NCBI RefSeq assembly: GCF_009914755.1
Contig: NC_060929.1
Reading direction: 5' to 3' (one strand)
From: the human T2T-CHM13v2.0 reference genome, Homo sapiens
Length of the DNA stretch: 64,000 bases
Shown here: one piece after another, positions 44,445 through 56,706 of the stretch
Layout: every line of letters starts with the position of its first letter
Numbering within the stretch: position 1 is the first letter of the stretch
The notes under the pieces: generated by a model
The model's database searches: none
The model's input: only the letters and a program-made list of their open reading frames with translations
What the model was told of the DNA's origin: nothing
Translations under genes and position numbers: made by a program

Positions 44445-47400
44445 GAGGACTCAAGACCAGATGGCCAACTAGAAGCAGCCAGGAAGAACATCTCTCATGG
44501 AGAGACCAGGAATTTGGGAAGACTGGCACACTCTGAGCAGATCTTTTGAAGGAAAACATTGAGGGTGGATGAAGGGAGGATGCAGAGCATGGGCTGAGGG
44601 GGCAGGAATCTCAGAAGCCTGCACAGGGCTTCCAAGCACTAGCATTCCTTACTAGCCCCCATTAACTCCTGGGGAAGGGGTGAGTTGAATAGGTGGGGAG
44701 TGGCCCGCTCTTACCATGAAACTCCAGAATCCTAGCAGCAAGAGACCCCATGACCCCTGTGGACACGAGCTGTCAGGGAGAGCTGCTTAGAGAGGTGGCA
44801 GGGGCAGGCCTCCAGCCTTTGTGGAGCCCAGAGGGTATGATATGGAAATGTCTTCAGTAGAGCACAGCCAGGGACACCCATCCCCCAAGGCTTGCCATGC
44901 TCCTCTAGGAGACATTAGTCTTAGGGTGACTGTCAGATCTGGACACAGCAGGATGGTCTTGTCTGTGGGATGGGCCAGTCTAATCTAAATTCCTCACTGT
45001 CTGCTGGCCTCTACTGGGCCCCAGCCTGGCTGTGCCTCATTGCAGTGCAGACTCAGCCCAACCAGAATGCTTCCCAGGGACTATATTCATAGCTCATTCA
45101 CCAGCAGACCACACCTGGCTGTCACAGTGTTCCAGCAGAACAGCCCCTGCAGACACACACCAGTCCACATGCAGCCTCCCTCCACCATGGGTTCCCCCCT
45201 TCACCATTTTGCCAGCATGCACTCACCTATGGTGCCCCCTAACACACTGCTTTGCCAATAGGTGGACCTCACCTCCCCTACCTCACCAGTGCACATGTTG
45301 TGAACTGCCAGTGTGGTAGTGTGATCACATTCCCTTAAAACACATACACGCAGGCACCCTGCTGCACCACCAACTCTGGTGCAAAAGATCACTAGCTAGA
45401 CTGCTAACTAGACTAGAAAAAGAGAGAAGATCCAAATAAACTCAATCAACAATGAAAAATGGCACACTACTACCAACCCCACAGAAATACAAAAAAGCTT
45501 CTCAGAGACTACCATGAACACCTACCTTTATGCAAACAAACTAGAAAATCTAGAAGAAATGGATAAATTCCTGGAAACATACCACCTCCTAAGAATGAAC
45601 TGGAAAGAAATTGAATTTCCCAACAGACAAATAACAAGTTCTGAAGTTGATCAGTAATAAAAAGACTACCAACCAGAAAAAGCCCAGGACCAGACGGACT
45701 CACAGCCAAATTCTACTAGGTTTGTAAAGAAGAGCTGATACCATTCCTGCTGAAACTATTCCAAAAAATTGAGGACGAGGGACTCCTCACTAACTTATTC
45801 TATGAGGCCATCATCATCCTGACACCAGAACCTGGAAGAGACACAAGAAAACTTCAGACCAATATCCCTGATGAACATAGATGCAAAAACCCTGAACAAA
45901 ATACTAGCAAATCACATCCAGCAGTACATCAAAAAGCTAATCTGCCACCATAAAGTAGGCTTTACCCATAGGATGCAAGGTTGGTTCAACATATACAAAT
46001 CAATAAATGTGATTCATCACATAAACAGAAACTAAAACAAAAACCATATGATCATCTCAACAGATGCAGGAAAGGCTTTTGATAAAATTCAACATCTTTT
46101 CATGTTAAAAACTCTCCACAAACTAGGCATTGAAGGAACACGCCTCAAAATAATAAGAACCATATATGACAAACCCAGAGTCAACATCATGCTGAAAAGG
46201 CAAATACCAGAAGCCTTCCTTTTGAGAAATGGAAGAAGACAAAGATGCCCACTCTCACCACTCCCATTCAACATAGTACTGGAAGTCCTAGCCAGAGCAA
46301 TCAGGCAAGAGAAAGTAAAAGACATCCAAATAAAAAGAGAAGAAGTCAAACCACCTCTTTCTGTAGATGATATGATTCTATACCTAGAAAACCCCATAGT
46401 CTCTGCATAATAGCTCCTAGATATAATAAATAACTTCAGCAATTTTTCAGGCTACAAAGTCAATGTACAAAAATCAGTAACATTTCTATACACCAACAAC
46501 ATCCAAGCAGAGAGCCAAATCAAGAATGCAATCCCATTCACAATAGCCACAAAAAGAATAAAACATCTAGGAATACAGCCAATCAAGGAAGTGAAAGATC
46601 TCTACAACAAGAACTGCAAAACATTGTTGAAAGAAATCAGAGATGACACAAATGAATAGAAAATCATTCCATGCTCATGGATAAGAAGAATCAATATCAT
46701 TGAAAAGTCTATACTACCCAGAGCAATTTACAGATTCAATGCTATTCCTATCAGACTACCAATGACATTCTACACTGAGCTAGAAAAAAACTATTTCAAA
46801 GTTCACATGGAATCAAAAAAGAGCCCAAATAGCCAAAGCTATCCTAAGCAAAAAGAACAAAACGAGGAGCATCACATTACCAGACTTCAAACTATACTAC
46901 AAGGCTGCAGTAACCAAAATAGCATGCTACTGGTAGAAAAACAGACACATTGACAAATGAATCAATATAGACAGCCCAGAAATAAAGCAGCACCCACACC
47001 TACAACCATATGATCTTCGACAAAGTTGACAAAAAGAAGCAATGGGAAAAGGACATTTTATTCAATAAATGGCACTGGTATAACTGGCTAGCCATATGCA
47101 GAAAACTGAAACCAGAACCCTTCCTTACACCATATACAAAAATCAATTCAAGATGGATCAAAGACCTCAATGTGAAACCATAAAAACCCTTGAAGACAAC
47201 CTAGGAAATACAAATCTGGACAAATGCCCTGGCAAAGATTTCATGATGAAGATGTCAAAAGCAATTGCAACAAAAACAAAAATTGACAAATGGCAACTAA
47301 TTAAACTAAAGAGCTTCTGCACTGCAAAAGAAACTGTCAATAGAGCCACAGGCAACCTAATGAATGGGAGAAAATATTTGCAAACTTACACATCCAAAAA

Positions 47401-48218
47401 AAGGCCTAATATCCCGTATCTATAAGGAACTTAAACAAATTTACAAGAGAAAAACAACCCCATTAAAAGGTGGGCAAAGGACATGAACACACACTTTTCA
47501 AAAGAAGATATACACACAGCCAAAAAGCATATGGAAAAATGCACAACATCACTAAGCATTAGAGAAATGCAAACAAAAACCGTAATGCGATCCCATCTCA
47601 CGCCTGTCAGAATAGTTATTATTAAGAGTCAAAAATAACAGATGCTGTCATGGTTGCAGAGGAAAGGGAATGCTTATATATAGCTGGTGAAAATGTAAAT
47701 TAGTTCAATCACTTTGAAAAGCAATTTGACAATTTCTCAAAGCACTTAAAACAGAATTACCATTTACCTCACCAATCCCATTATTGAGTATATACCCCAA
47801 GGAATATATCTCATTCTACCATAAAGACACGTGCATGCATATGTTCATTGCAGCACTATTCACAATAGCAAAGACATGAAATCAACCTAAATAGCCATCA
47901 ACAGTAGACTGCATAAAGAAAATGTGGTACATATACACCATGGAATACTATGTAGCTGTAAAAAAGAATGAGATCATGTCTTTTGTGGGAGCCTGGATGG
48001 AGCTAAAGGCTGTTATCTTTAGCAAATTAATGCAGAAACAGAAAACCAAATACTGCATGTTCTCAATTATTAGTGGAAACTGAATGATGATAACTCATGA
48101 ACACAAAGAAGGGAACATCAAACTCTGGGGCCTACTTAAGGTTGGAGGGTGAGGACTGAAAAAGTACCTACTGGGTACTATGTTTATTACCTGGGTTACT
48201 AATAATTAAAAAAAAAAC
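44445..48218 (+). mobile_element. Older primate L1 (L1PA13-16-like): 5' UTR joined directly to mid-ORF2
   Basis: 'agatggccaactagaagcagccagg' 5' end; ORF2 homology from ~45385 (RT fragments such as [15 protein letters not shown] and [10 protein letters not shown]); 3' UTR ends early near 48195. Confidence 0.85.
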
Positions 48219-48669
48219 ACTGGAAGTAGATACTGCAAGTTTTAGATAGTGCAATAGTGCAAGTTGTAGATAGTGCAAGTACCGGTAGTAGTGCAAGACT
48301 CACTTTGGAAGGTAGTCTTGGAACCACTTAATCTCTGAATCCTAATAAAAAAAATCAAGTAAGAGCAAATGTTATCCCTCTGTTTTTATAAAATATGTTT
48401 TCTGTGAGCTTTACTAAATAATTATATTGACTATGCATAATCATATTCTAAAAATATATATCCACTACATAGACACATAAAATTCCTACGGACACCCAGT
48501 GTAGCAAGTGTGACCTTATTCTCTCAAGGTACTGAAGTGGCTTCCAATAAAATCAGAACTGGATCAAGTATGAAGTCTGGGCATCATTCATGAAGATGAT
48601 GCAATGCACCTATAGTCAGCTGGGCATGTGCTTTGAGTTGTTTTTCTAGTTGTGATGATAGATTTGAAC

Positions 48670-48847
48670 TGATTCCTCTGCACTTTCTCATCCACTCTGT
48701 TTTGGGACCAAAGACACATATTTTAGGGACAGCTCGCTGAAGCTAGTGGTAAAGTCTGTGGCAATAAAAGAGAGAATTCAAACTGGCCAAACCCACAGCC
48801 TTGGCTTCATATTAATACTATGCTCCTATCAACAGAGCTAACTGGTG
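48670..48847 (-). mobile_element. Ancient tRNA-derived SINE remnant (MamSINE1-like)
   Basis: Reverse strand ccagttagctctgttgataggagcatagtattaatatgaagccaaggctgtgggtt resembles a tRNA-Ile-like head (GTTAGCTCAGTTGGTTAGAGC...GCTAAT...GCCAAGGTC.CGGGTT), followed by a MamSINE1-like body. Confidence 0.55.
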
Positions 48848-49307
48848 GCAGACACTGCACACATTTTGAGAGATTTCTATAGTGGCCCATCAGATACCAA
48901 CGGAGCACTAGAAAATCCTCATTTATTTGCATTGAGGCCAAAGAAGGCTGTACATAGTAGCTTGTCTTTTCTTAAACATCTATCAGAATGGCCTGTCACT
49001 TTTCATGTTTATGGCTAAACAAGGCTCAAGTCATCGGGCCCCACTTCTGATATGAGCTTATTATCAGTGGAAGAATGAAAGCAGATGATCCCATCATCTT
49101 TTAAAGTAGTGACATGAGGTGATACTGACATCATGTAAGATCTGGGTTTAAACCACCTTACCCTCCAACAATTATTTATTGAAAAAAATTAATGCTCTTA
49201 GAAATTTACATAAGTTTTTCTGAAGGAGCTAAAAAAACAAATGTTATACCCACGTGCTTATCGTAAAACAAGTCTCAGGTGAAAACAGGGACTAAATTAT
49301 CTTAACC

Positions 49308-49462
49308 CAGAGATTCTCAGCATTGTATATAAATTGCAATCAGCTGGGAGGCTTTAACGATCACTGATGCCTCTTCCAAGTGTTTTGGGTGTGGTCTGGG
49401 CCTGGGGAATTTCAAAAACTCCCCAGGTGATTCTAATGTTCAATCACAGTGTAGACTGCTGC
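49308..49462. mobile_element. MER5-type hAT-Charlie element
   Basis: 'aaaactccccaggtgattctaatgt' hallmark and degenerate cag...ctg termini. Confidence 0.7.
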
Positions 49463-50035
49463 TTTGAAATTTAGGGGAGAGAGTAACAAGTTGCACTATT
49501 ACTCAATATTTTGCATTTGGCAGAGAGTTTCTGATTTCCCATTAATTTAATTAATTAACACTATATCTATATGTACATCCCACATGAAATTATATCAGTG
49601 GTAGAATCTATTTGGGATTTCTCTAAACATTCTTTTTTTTTTTTTTTTTTTGAGAGAAAATGACAGGCATTCACTAAATAAATGCAAACTGCTGTGAAAT
49701 CTGTTAGGATTTAAATTTCAGGACTAAAATCTCAAGTTAGATCCAAATATTAGAAGCATGATATTTGAGTATTATATATAGGTTAATCCATTGTCAATGG
49801 CTTCCTGCCACTTGTTTCCTAATGCTTTTTTAGAGGGAATAAGTGAACCGAATTTTTCAGCTGAAAACCTGATATTTCATTGCCAGCATTTTCCACTAGG
49901 CAGCTTGTTGGTTATGAATTCTCATCATCTTCTGTTTCAGGAAGCTAAGAGTTTACCGCACCATTTTTAATAGGTTTGCTAATTTTAATAAGAAAATAAA
50001 AAGTAATTAAGATGCAGTGATGATACCTTAAATAG

Positions 50036-50235
50036 GGCATTTTTATGTAATGATGATGTCAAGCTCCGTATCAAAAATATATTCCTATTACTTATTTATA
50101 TTTTTTATTTAAAATATAAATTTTTTTAAAATAAAAAATATAAATAAATATATTTTATTTATGGCATTTTTATGTAATAATGATGTCAAGCTCTGTACCA
50201 AAATATATTCCTATTAATTACTTATTTTATTTAAA
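50036..50235. repeat. Direct duplication (~70 bp, period 127) with an AT hairpin between copies
   Basis: ggcatttttatgtaat(g/a)atgatgtcaagctc...aaaatatattcctatta starting at 50036 and 50163. Confidence 0.9.
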
Positions 50236-51009
50236 TTTCTAACTATCCATGAGAATTAAATGTTCTTGTTCTTATCTGCTAGATGAATACATTGGTGATT
50301 GAGAAGATTAAGTCAAAAATCCAGTAATTTTCCTCCCTAAAGTATGCAATATAAAAAAAATCTGATAGCTTAATTTTAACATTGAAGCTCTAGTGCATCA
50401 TACTGCTTTATTCTTTTTAAACGAGAAGTCCATTAAAAAATTTATTGGCTTAAAAAGTGGTACATTTTTATATCAACTTAAGGAGTTTAAAGGCCTTGAA
50501 GAATATCTATTTTAATTGTTTGGCCCAGAGCTTAAGTATCTTGTATGATATCATTAAAAGGCACTGACTGTTTAAAATGATAGGGAACTGACTACCTCTT
50601 TAAATATCCCATTTCGCCTTTAGAATTGCTTGAAAATTCCTCTTTCTATTGAGCCAAATTTATTTCCTAGTACTTTCCATCTGTATCTGTACTTGCTATG
50701 TCTTTATGGGCCTGCAGACCTAGAGTCTTAGTGCTTTCCAAGTGACGGTTTTTCAAATATTTTAAAACAAAACTATGCCCTTTTTAATTCTCTTTATTGG
50801 AACTAACATGGATTGTGTTGGTAATTATACAACTATTCACAAAATTTATTGGTTTACCATATATTCACCACTCTAGAAGATAACTCCTGAAGTCTTATGC
50901 CCCTAACTCCTATGTCTCTTTAGATCACAATTAAATTCCCAAATCTTAAGACAGTGGATATACTCAAAACATATTGTTAAATAAAATAAATGAAGTGAGG
51001 TGGACTATA

Positions 51010-51333
51010 TTTTTGTTTCCATATACTTAATCCTCCTTGCTGTGAGAAGGTTGCACATCCCTTTGTTGCCACTTGACTTCAGTGCCTTCTGTGACAGAAT
51101 TCATGCCTGACCATTGATGTAGTGCATGTGCCATGTCTCAGCAGAGTTTCCAGAGGCCTTGCCTGGTTCCATCAGCTCTCTTGCTCTTTCTCCCAGCCAC
51201 ATGTCTGGCATATCCCAGTAGAGGCTGCTCTTGTGCTTGGATCCTGGAATGAAAAAGACCTGCAACCTATCCTAGCCAGGAGCTGCACCAGATCCCAGAC
51301 TGCTGTTATAATAGTTGTAAGATTTTATATATA

Positions 51334-51387
<54 letters not shown>

Positions 51388-51465
51388 GCACACCTATATA
51401 TACATACACACATATATATGTAAATGTATGTGTATATATACAGTGTATAATGCAGCAAAACTAAC
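51010..51465 (+). mobile_element. Old MLT1-type MaLR LTR with embedded (TA/TG/CA)n compound microsatellite (51326-51440)
   Basis: 'gaggctgctc...ggatcctggaatgaaaaagacc' and terminal 'atgcagcaaaactaact' resemble MLT1H-J; the microsatellite is read directly. Confidence 0.55.
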
Positions 51466-53882
51466 TTATGAGTTAATTGTTAAAGCATGTCTGCTTAATT
51501 ACCAAATTACTTGATTTCCAATTAAAAAGTTATAATGTCTCACTTTTTGACAATAAAGATATTTACTTTATTTCCTGTCTTCGATTATCTTTCCACAAGT
51601 TTTCCAGTCTAACCGATAGTTATTTAGCAATCTATTTTGCAATGCTCTAAGTATCTTGAGAACTTGGCCTCTCTTAAAGGATAGATAATTATCACCAGAA
51701 CTACTAAAATGGTAGTGCTCTCTTACCAATGTTTGTTTTATGTTTTTCAGCATGAAGAAAATTTTACTCAAGAGGGAAATTAAAGCAATTAAAAAAGAGA
51801 GTCAATTTACTTTCTTTTTATTATTTTTTATCATTAGACTATCCAGATATATCCAAAAACCATAAAAGTAATTATGTGCTTTGCATCCATAATACCTGTC
51901 CTAGAGGTTTACTCTACAACAGTATATACATGAAAAAATATTCTATGGAGAATGATGCAATTCACACTATACATAATAAAATGTAAGAAAAATACAATAT
52001 AGAAATTAATGTAACTCTCTTTATAAGAAAATGGTTAAGAAAATTGTGGAGTTTTAACTTCATACAGACCTAATTTGATGGTTACACTGTAACCACTTAT
52101 TAAACTGCCATGAATGCATCTTAAAATTCTATTAAAATCCACCTATAATGAAATAATCACACTATAATATTGACTTTCTAGCCTTAAGATTGTTGCTTGT
52201 AGCATTGCCCAAGCTATTGTTTTCCTATAGATGTGCTTTATGAAACCTCTAGGTCTCAAGGAGAGTCCTGGTATCTTACTCATTTATGCGTCCTCACTTC
52301 ATGACACAAGAAAACTAAATAAACTAAATGGAAATAGGAGATCCCTGTGGATTTGGAGATGAGTGTCCAGTCAGTGCATCCATGGTGTTTTGCCCTTGGA
52401 GGAAGCCTGCTACTGTCATGGTAATTGCTTCTGTGGGTTGAGGGGGACTCTCACTGAAGCTCCCATCTTTCCCAGTCCCTTCCCACCCACAGTGAACCCC
52501 CTCCCTAACACCTATTTGCATGGTTAGAAAACATGCCTTTTCAGTAAATGATATGTGACTTCCATGCACATGTCTCATAATGAATGTGGATAAGACCTAT
52601 GACTGTAATCAATTTTTTGAAAAATCTTATTTATCTGTTGTCTTGCCTGGATTGTATACTTACTCATTTGAGTCAGACTCTTGATATTTACCGTGAAGTC
52701 AGCTGGGACCTTACTGAAATCAAATGAGCTCTTGCTTCTCATTGCAGTGTCTAAAATCATCCTGTCTTCACTCCAACTCTGAGCTGCATGTATGAGACTG
52801 AAAAACCATTCCTAGCTCAGATTCTCCTGAACACATTTCAGAGTGAAAAAAAGAATTTTGCTTGAATCCGGACTACAGGATATGAAAGAAGTGTTCCGGA
52901 AAGAAAGTTCTCTTCCTTCTTTTCTTGGTTCAATGAATCCTGTGCTTTAAATCATGCCTCTGGTTCTAGAATTTGGTGCTGCTTCTCACAGTGTTAAGCA
53001 TCTGGGCTTTTAGGCTTTTCAGAATGCTGTATACTTTAGGAAGGTCAGCACTTTGTAACAATTTTCCAAAGAAAACAGTCTTTGTTGCCATAACCTTCTT
53101 GTATAACCAAGTTCACAGAGCCTGGAAGCATTTTGTAATTGTATTGAAACAGCAAAAACTGCCCTTGGGGACCACCCGAAGGACAAGGATAAATTGGTTG
53201 CCTCCATTAAGTGATCTCTAAGCATCAAATTTTAGTAGAAATGTTGGGGAGTAAGTGATCACTTAAAAAAAGAGGTTGCCTAAGGTCTAAGAGTGCAAGT
53301 TGGCCTATATTTAATAACTGCAAGGTCATTGCATGAAATCAGTAAGAGGAAGCAGAGAGAAGTGGGTATCTTATTTCTATACTGTGTTCTGATTGTTTGT
53401 GAAGTCAGCTGACCTTCAAAATGGAATGATTGCCTTAAAAATATCATATCACCTTGTTAACAAAAAAGGAGATCAAAGATTTACTCCAATATCCAGTCAT
53501 AACACTGTAATTTAAAAGTACTTTGCAATGATTTCTATCCCAGGACCTCACATTCTTTTTCTTAATTAATTTTGTTCATTGAAACTGCTCTAAGGGCCAG
53601 ATATGTTTATGGCTCTTTTGCAGAGAAGTCAGGTTACATGCAGGGAATTCCCAATTACACACGCTAATAATAGAAGAAATCAGGAATGAAGATTATTCCA
53701 AACAGTAGATAATCCCCAAATTCTCTCTGTTGGCCCTTGGAAGGTGTGGAATTATTTGTTGTTGCTGCTTCTTTCTTGTTGCTATTTTTGCCATGAGATA
53801 CTTAGCAGAAGAGCAACAGAATGGATCACAATGCCAAATTGACCAAATGCTAGTTGGAAGTTGGCTCAGGAATAGTCTCAAT

Positions 53883-53912
53883 AGGAAAAAGAAAAAGAAA
53901 GAAAAAGAAGGA

Positions 53913-53968
<56 letters not shown>

Positions 53969-54074
53969 AGGAAGGAAGGAAGGAAGGAAGGAAGGAAGGA
54001 AGGAAGGAAAGGAAGGAAGGAAGGAAGGAAGGAAGGAAGGAAGGAAGAGAGAGAAAGAAAGAGAAAGAAAGAAG

Positions 54075-54105
<31 letters not shown>

Positions 54106-54107
54106 AG

Positions 54108-54150
<43 letters not shown>

Positions 54151-54404
54151 AGGAAGGAAGGAAGGAAGGAAGGAAGGAAGGAAGGAAAGGAAGGAAGGAA
54201 GGAAGGAAGGAAGGAAGGAAGGAAGGGAGAGAAAGAAAGAGAAAGAAAGAAGAGAAAGAAAGAAAGAAAGAAAGGAAGGAAAGAAGGAAGGAAGGAAGGA
54301 AGGAAGAAAGAGAGAGAAAGAAAGAGAAAGAAAGAAGAGAAAGAAAGAAAGAAAGAAGGAAAGAAGGAAGGAAGGAAGGAAGGAAGGAAGAGAGAGAAAG
54401 AAAG

Positions 54405-54450
<46 letters not shown>

Positions 54451-54630
54451 GAAGGAAAGAAGGAAGGAAGGAAGGAAGGAAGGAAGAAAGAGAGAGAAAG
54501 AAAGAGAAAGAAAGAAGAGAAAGAAAGAAAGAAAGAAAGAAGGAAGGAAGGAAGGAAGGAAGGAAGGAAAGGAAGGAAGGAAGGAAGGAAGGAAGGAAGG
54601 AAGGGAGAGAAAGAAAGAGAAAGAAAGAAG

Positions 54631-54664
<34 letters not shown>

Positions 54665-54743
54665 GAAGGAAGGAAAGAAGGAAGGAAGGAAGGAAGGAAG
54701 GAAGGAAGAAAGAGAGAGAAAGAAAGAGAAAGAAAGAAGAGAG

Positions 54744-54794
<51 letters not shown>

Positions 54795-54861
54795 AAAAAA
54801 GAAAGAGGAAGAAAGAAAGAAAGAAAAAGGCAGGAAGGGAGGAAGGAAGGGGAAAAAGAAA
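53883..54861 (+). repeat. Complex (GAAA)n/(GGAA)n polypurine array
   Basis: No pyrimidine on the + strand from 53883 to 54830; alternating GAAA and GGAA blocks with recurring GAGA-containing spacers. Confidence 0.98.
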
Positions 54862-55090
54862 CAACCTGATATAATGCATGCAATCAATTGAAGGAAAAAA
54901 ACCCACATATAAATCTTAAGTTTGTGTTGTAAGCAAGGAAAGCACAGATCTTCCCATTCTTTCTTTACTATATCAGTAACCTGGCTATGAATCTATTTTA
55001 GGTAAAATAAAAAGACAATTGAATACGAACTTGCATTGCAAATTTGAAATGCTGAATTTTTAAAAAATCTCTATAAGGTGTATAAAAGTA

Positions 55091-55395
55091 GTCAGGACAC
55101 GGTGACTCATGCCTGTAATCCCAGAACTTTGGAAGGCCAAGCCTGGCAGATCACTTGAGGTCAAGAATTCGAAACCAGCCTGGCCAACATGGTGAAACCC
55201 CGTCTCTACTAAAAATACAAAAATTAGCCAGGTGTGGTGGCAGGCACCTGTAGTCCCAGTTACTGGGGAGCCTGAGGCAGGAGACTGACTCACTTGGACC
55301 CTGGAGGCGGAGGTTGCAGTGAGCCAAGATCAGCCCACTGCACTCCAACCCAGGCGACAAAGCAAGACTCTGTCTCAAAAAAAAAAAAAAAAAAA
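55091..55395 (+). mobile_element. AluS-type element
   Basis: Alu dimer with 'gatcacttgaggtcaagaattcgaaaccagcctggccaacatggtgaaacccc' and a poly-A tail. Confidence 0.92.
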
Positions 55396-56044
55396 GTTGA
55401 TATTTTTTAATCTGATTGAGATTATTACTTAGGAAATTGTTTTTGCTGATGTTTTTAAGTGGGGCCAGTAACTAATTAACTGGAAATAGACTGTGAAGTA
55501 AGAGAGTTAAGATATGTATTATAGATTTAGTTCAAAATATCCCAAAACTTCCCAGGTATTCATATGCCCTGTCGTCCCCACAGGAAACATCTTTATTTTG
55601 TCTATGTATGTTCTAAACACAGTTAGTTCATCTCTATATTACTATTCTCAAAATGGATGCATCCACAAGTGTACAGTGTGTCTTCCAAAACCAAATCACT
55701 GTTAAGACAGAGATCAAGAGCAAGAAAATTCCATTCATTCATCCCTCCATCCATCCACTCATTCATTTACCTCCTATTTACAAAACACTTTGTTGGATAG
55801 GAGAAGGCTACTGAATATGGGTACAGCACAGATTCACTCTGACCATGCAATCAACTTGGCATTATAGGATATTTATAAAAGATGAAACTAAGCTTTTTGG
55901 CAAGGAAAATTACAATAATATGTAAGTTCTGCACATCAGTATGAAGAGTGATTTTTTCTTTTTTTGGTCAATCTTCTGTATTCTATCCGTGAGCTATATA
56001 CTTACTTTAACTTTTTAAATTCTCACAACACTCCTATAGAGGAA

Positions 56045-56706
56045 GGTTTTCTTGGTTCCTTCCTGCTGCCATAACAAAATAACTGAGAGTAATTATAAAA
56101 ACAGACATTTATTTCCTCACAGTTCTGGGGGCTGGAAACTTTAAGATCAAGGCACAGGAAGGTTCTTGTCTGTTGAGGGCTGCTCTCTGCTTTCACGATG
56201 AAGCCACTTGCTGTGTCCTCACATGGAGGAAGGACAAAAAGGTATTACTGTGCTCCTTCAACCTCTTTTATTTGAGCACTAATTCATTCATGAGGGTGCA
56301 GCCCTTAGGATTTAATCATTTACCAAAAGCTCCTTTTTTTCTTTTTTTGAGATAGGGTCTCACTCCGTTTCCCAGGCTGGAGTGCAGTGGCATGGTCACA
56401 GGTCAATCTCCTGGGCTCAAGTGGTCCTCCCACATCAGCTTCCCTAGTAGCTGGGACTATAGGCATGCACTGCCGTGCCTGGCTAATTTTTGTATTTTTT
56501 GTAGAAATTGGGTTTCACAGTGTTGGCCAGGCTGGACTTGAACTCCTGGGCTCAAGTGATCTGCCTGCCTCGCCTCCCAAAGTGCTGGGATTACAGGCAT
56601 CAGCCCCTGGGCTAGGCCTAAGGCCCCACCTCTTAATACTATCACCTTGGCGCTTAAGTTCCAACATATGAATTTTTGGAGGGACACATACATTCAAACC
56701 ATAGAA
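56045..56706 (-). mobile_element. MST/MLT1A-type MaLR solo LTR split by an Alu
   Basis: 'gctgccataacaaaat...tttatttcctcacagttctgggggctgg' ... 'ccaacatatgaatttttggagggacacatacattcaaaccatag'. Confidence 0.8.
56334..56618 (-). mobile_element. AluJ-type element nested in a MaLR LTR
   Basis: T tail followed by a reverse Alu body with 'ctcctgggctcaagtg'. Confidence 0.9.

Noticed and set aside
49632-49656. Orphan poly-T followed by gaga, resembling an Alu tail
   Set aside because: No Alu body or TSD follows; treated as a simple mononucleotide run.
53693-54908. Five long ORFs (342-396 aa; K/E/R/G-rich or F/L/S/P-rich)
   Set aside because: Artefacts of a purine-only repeat that cannot contain stop codons on either strand.
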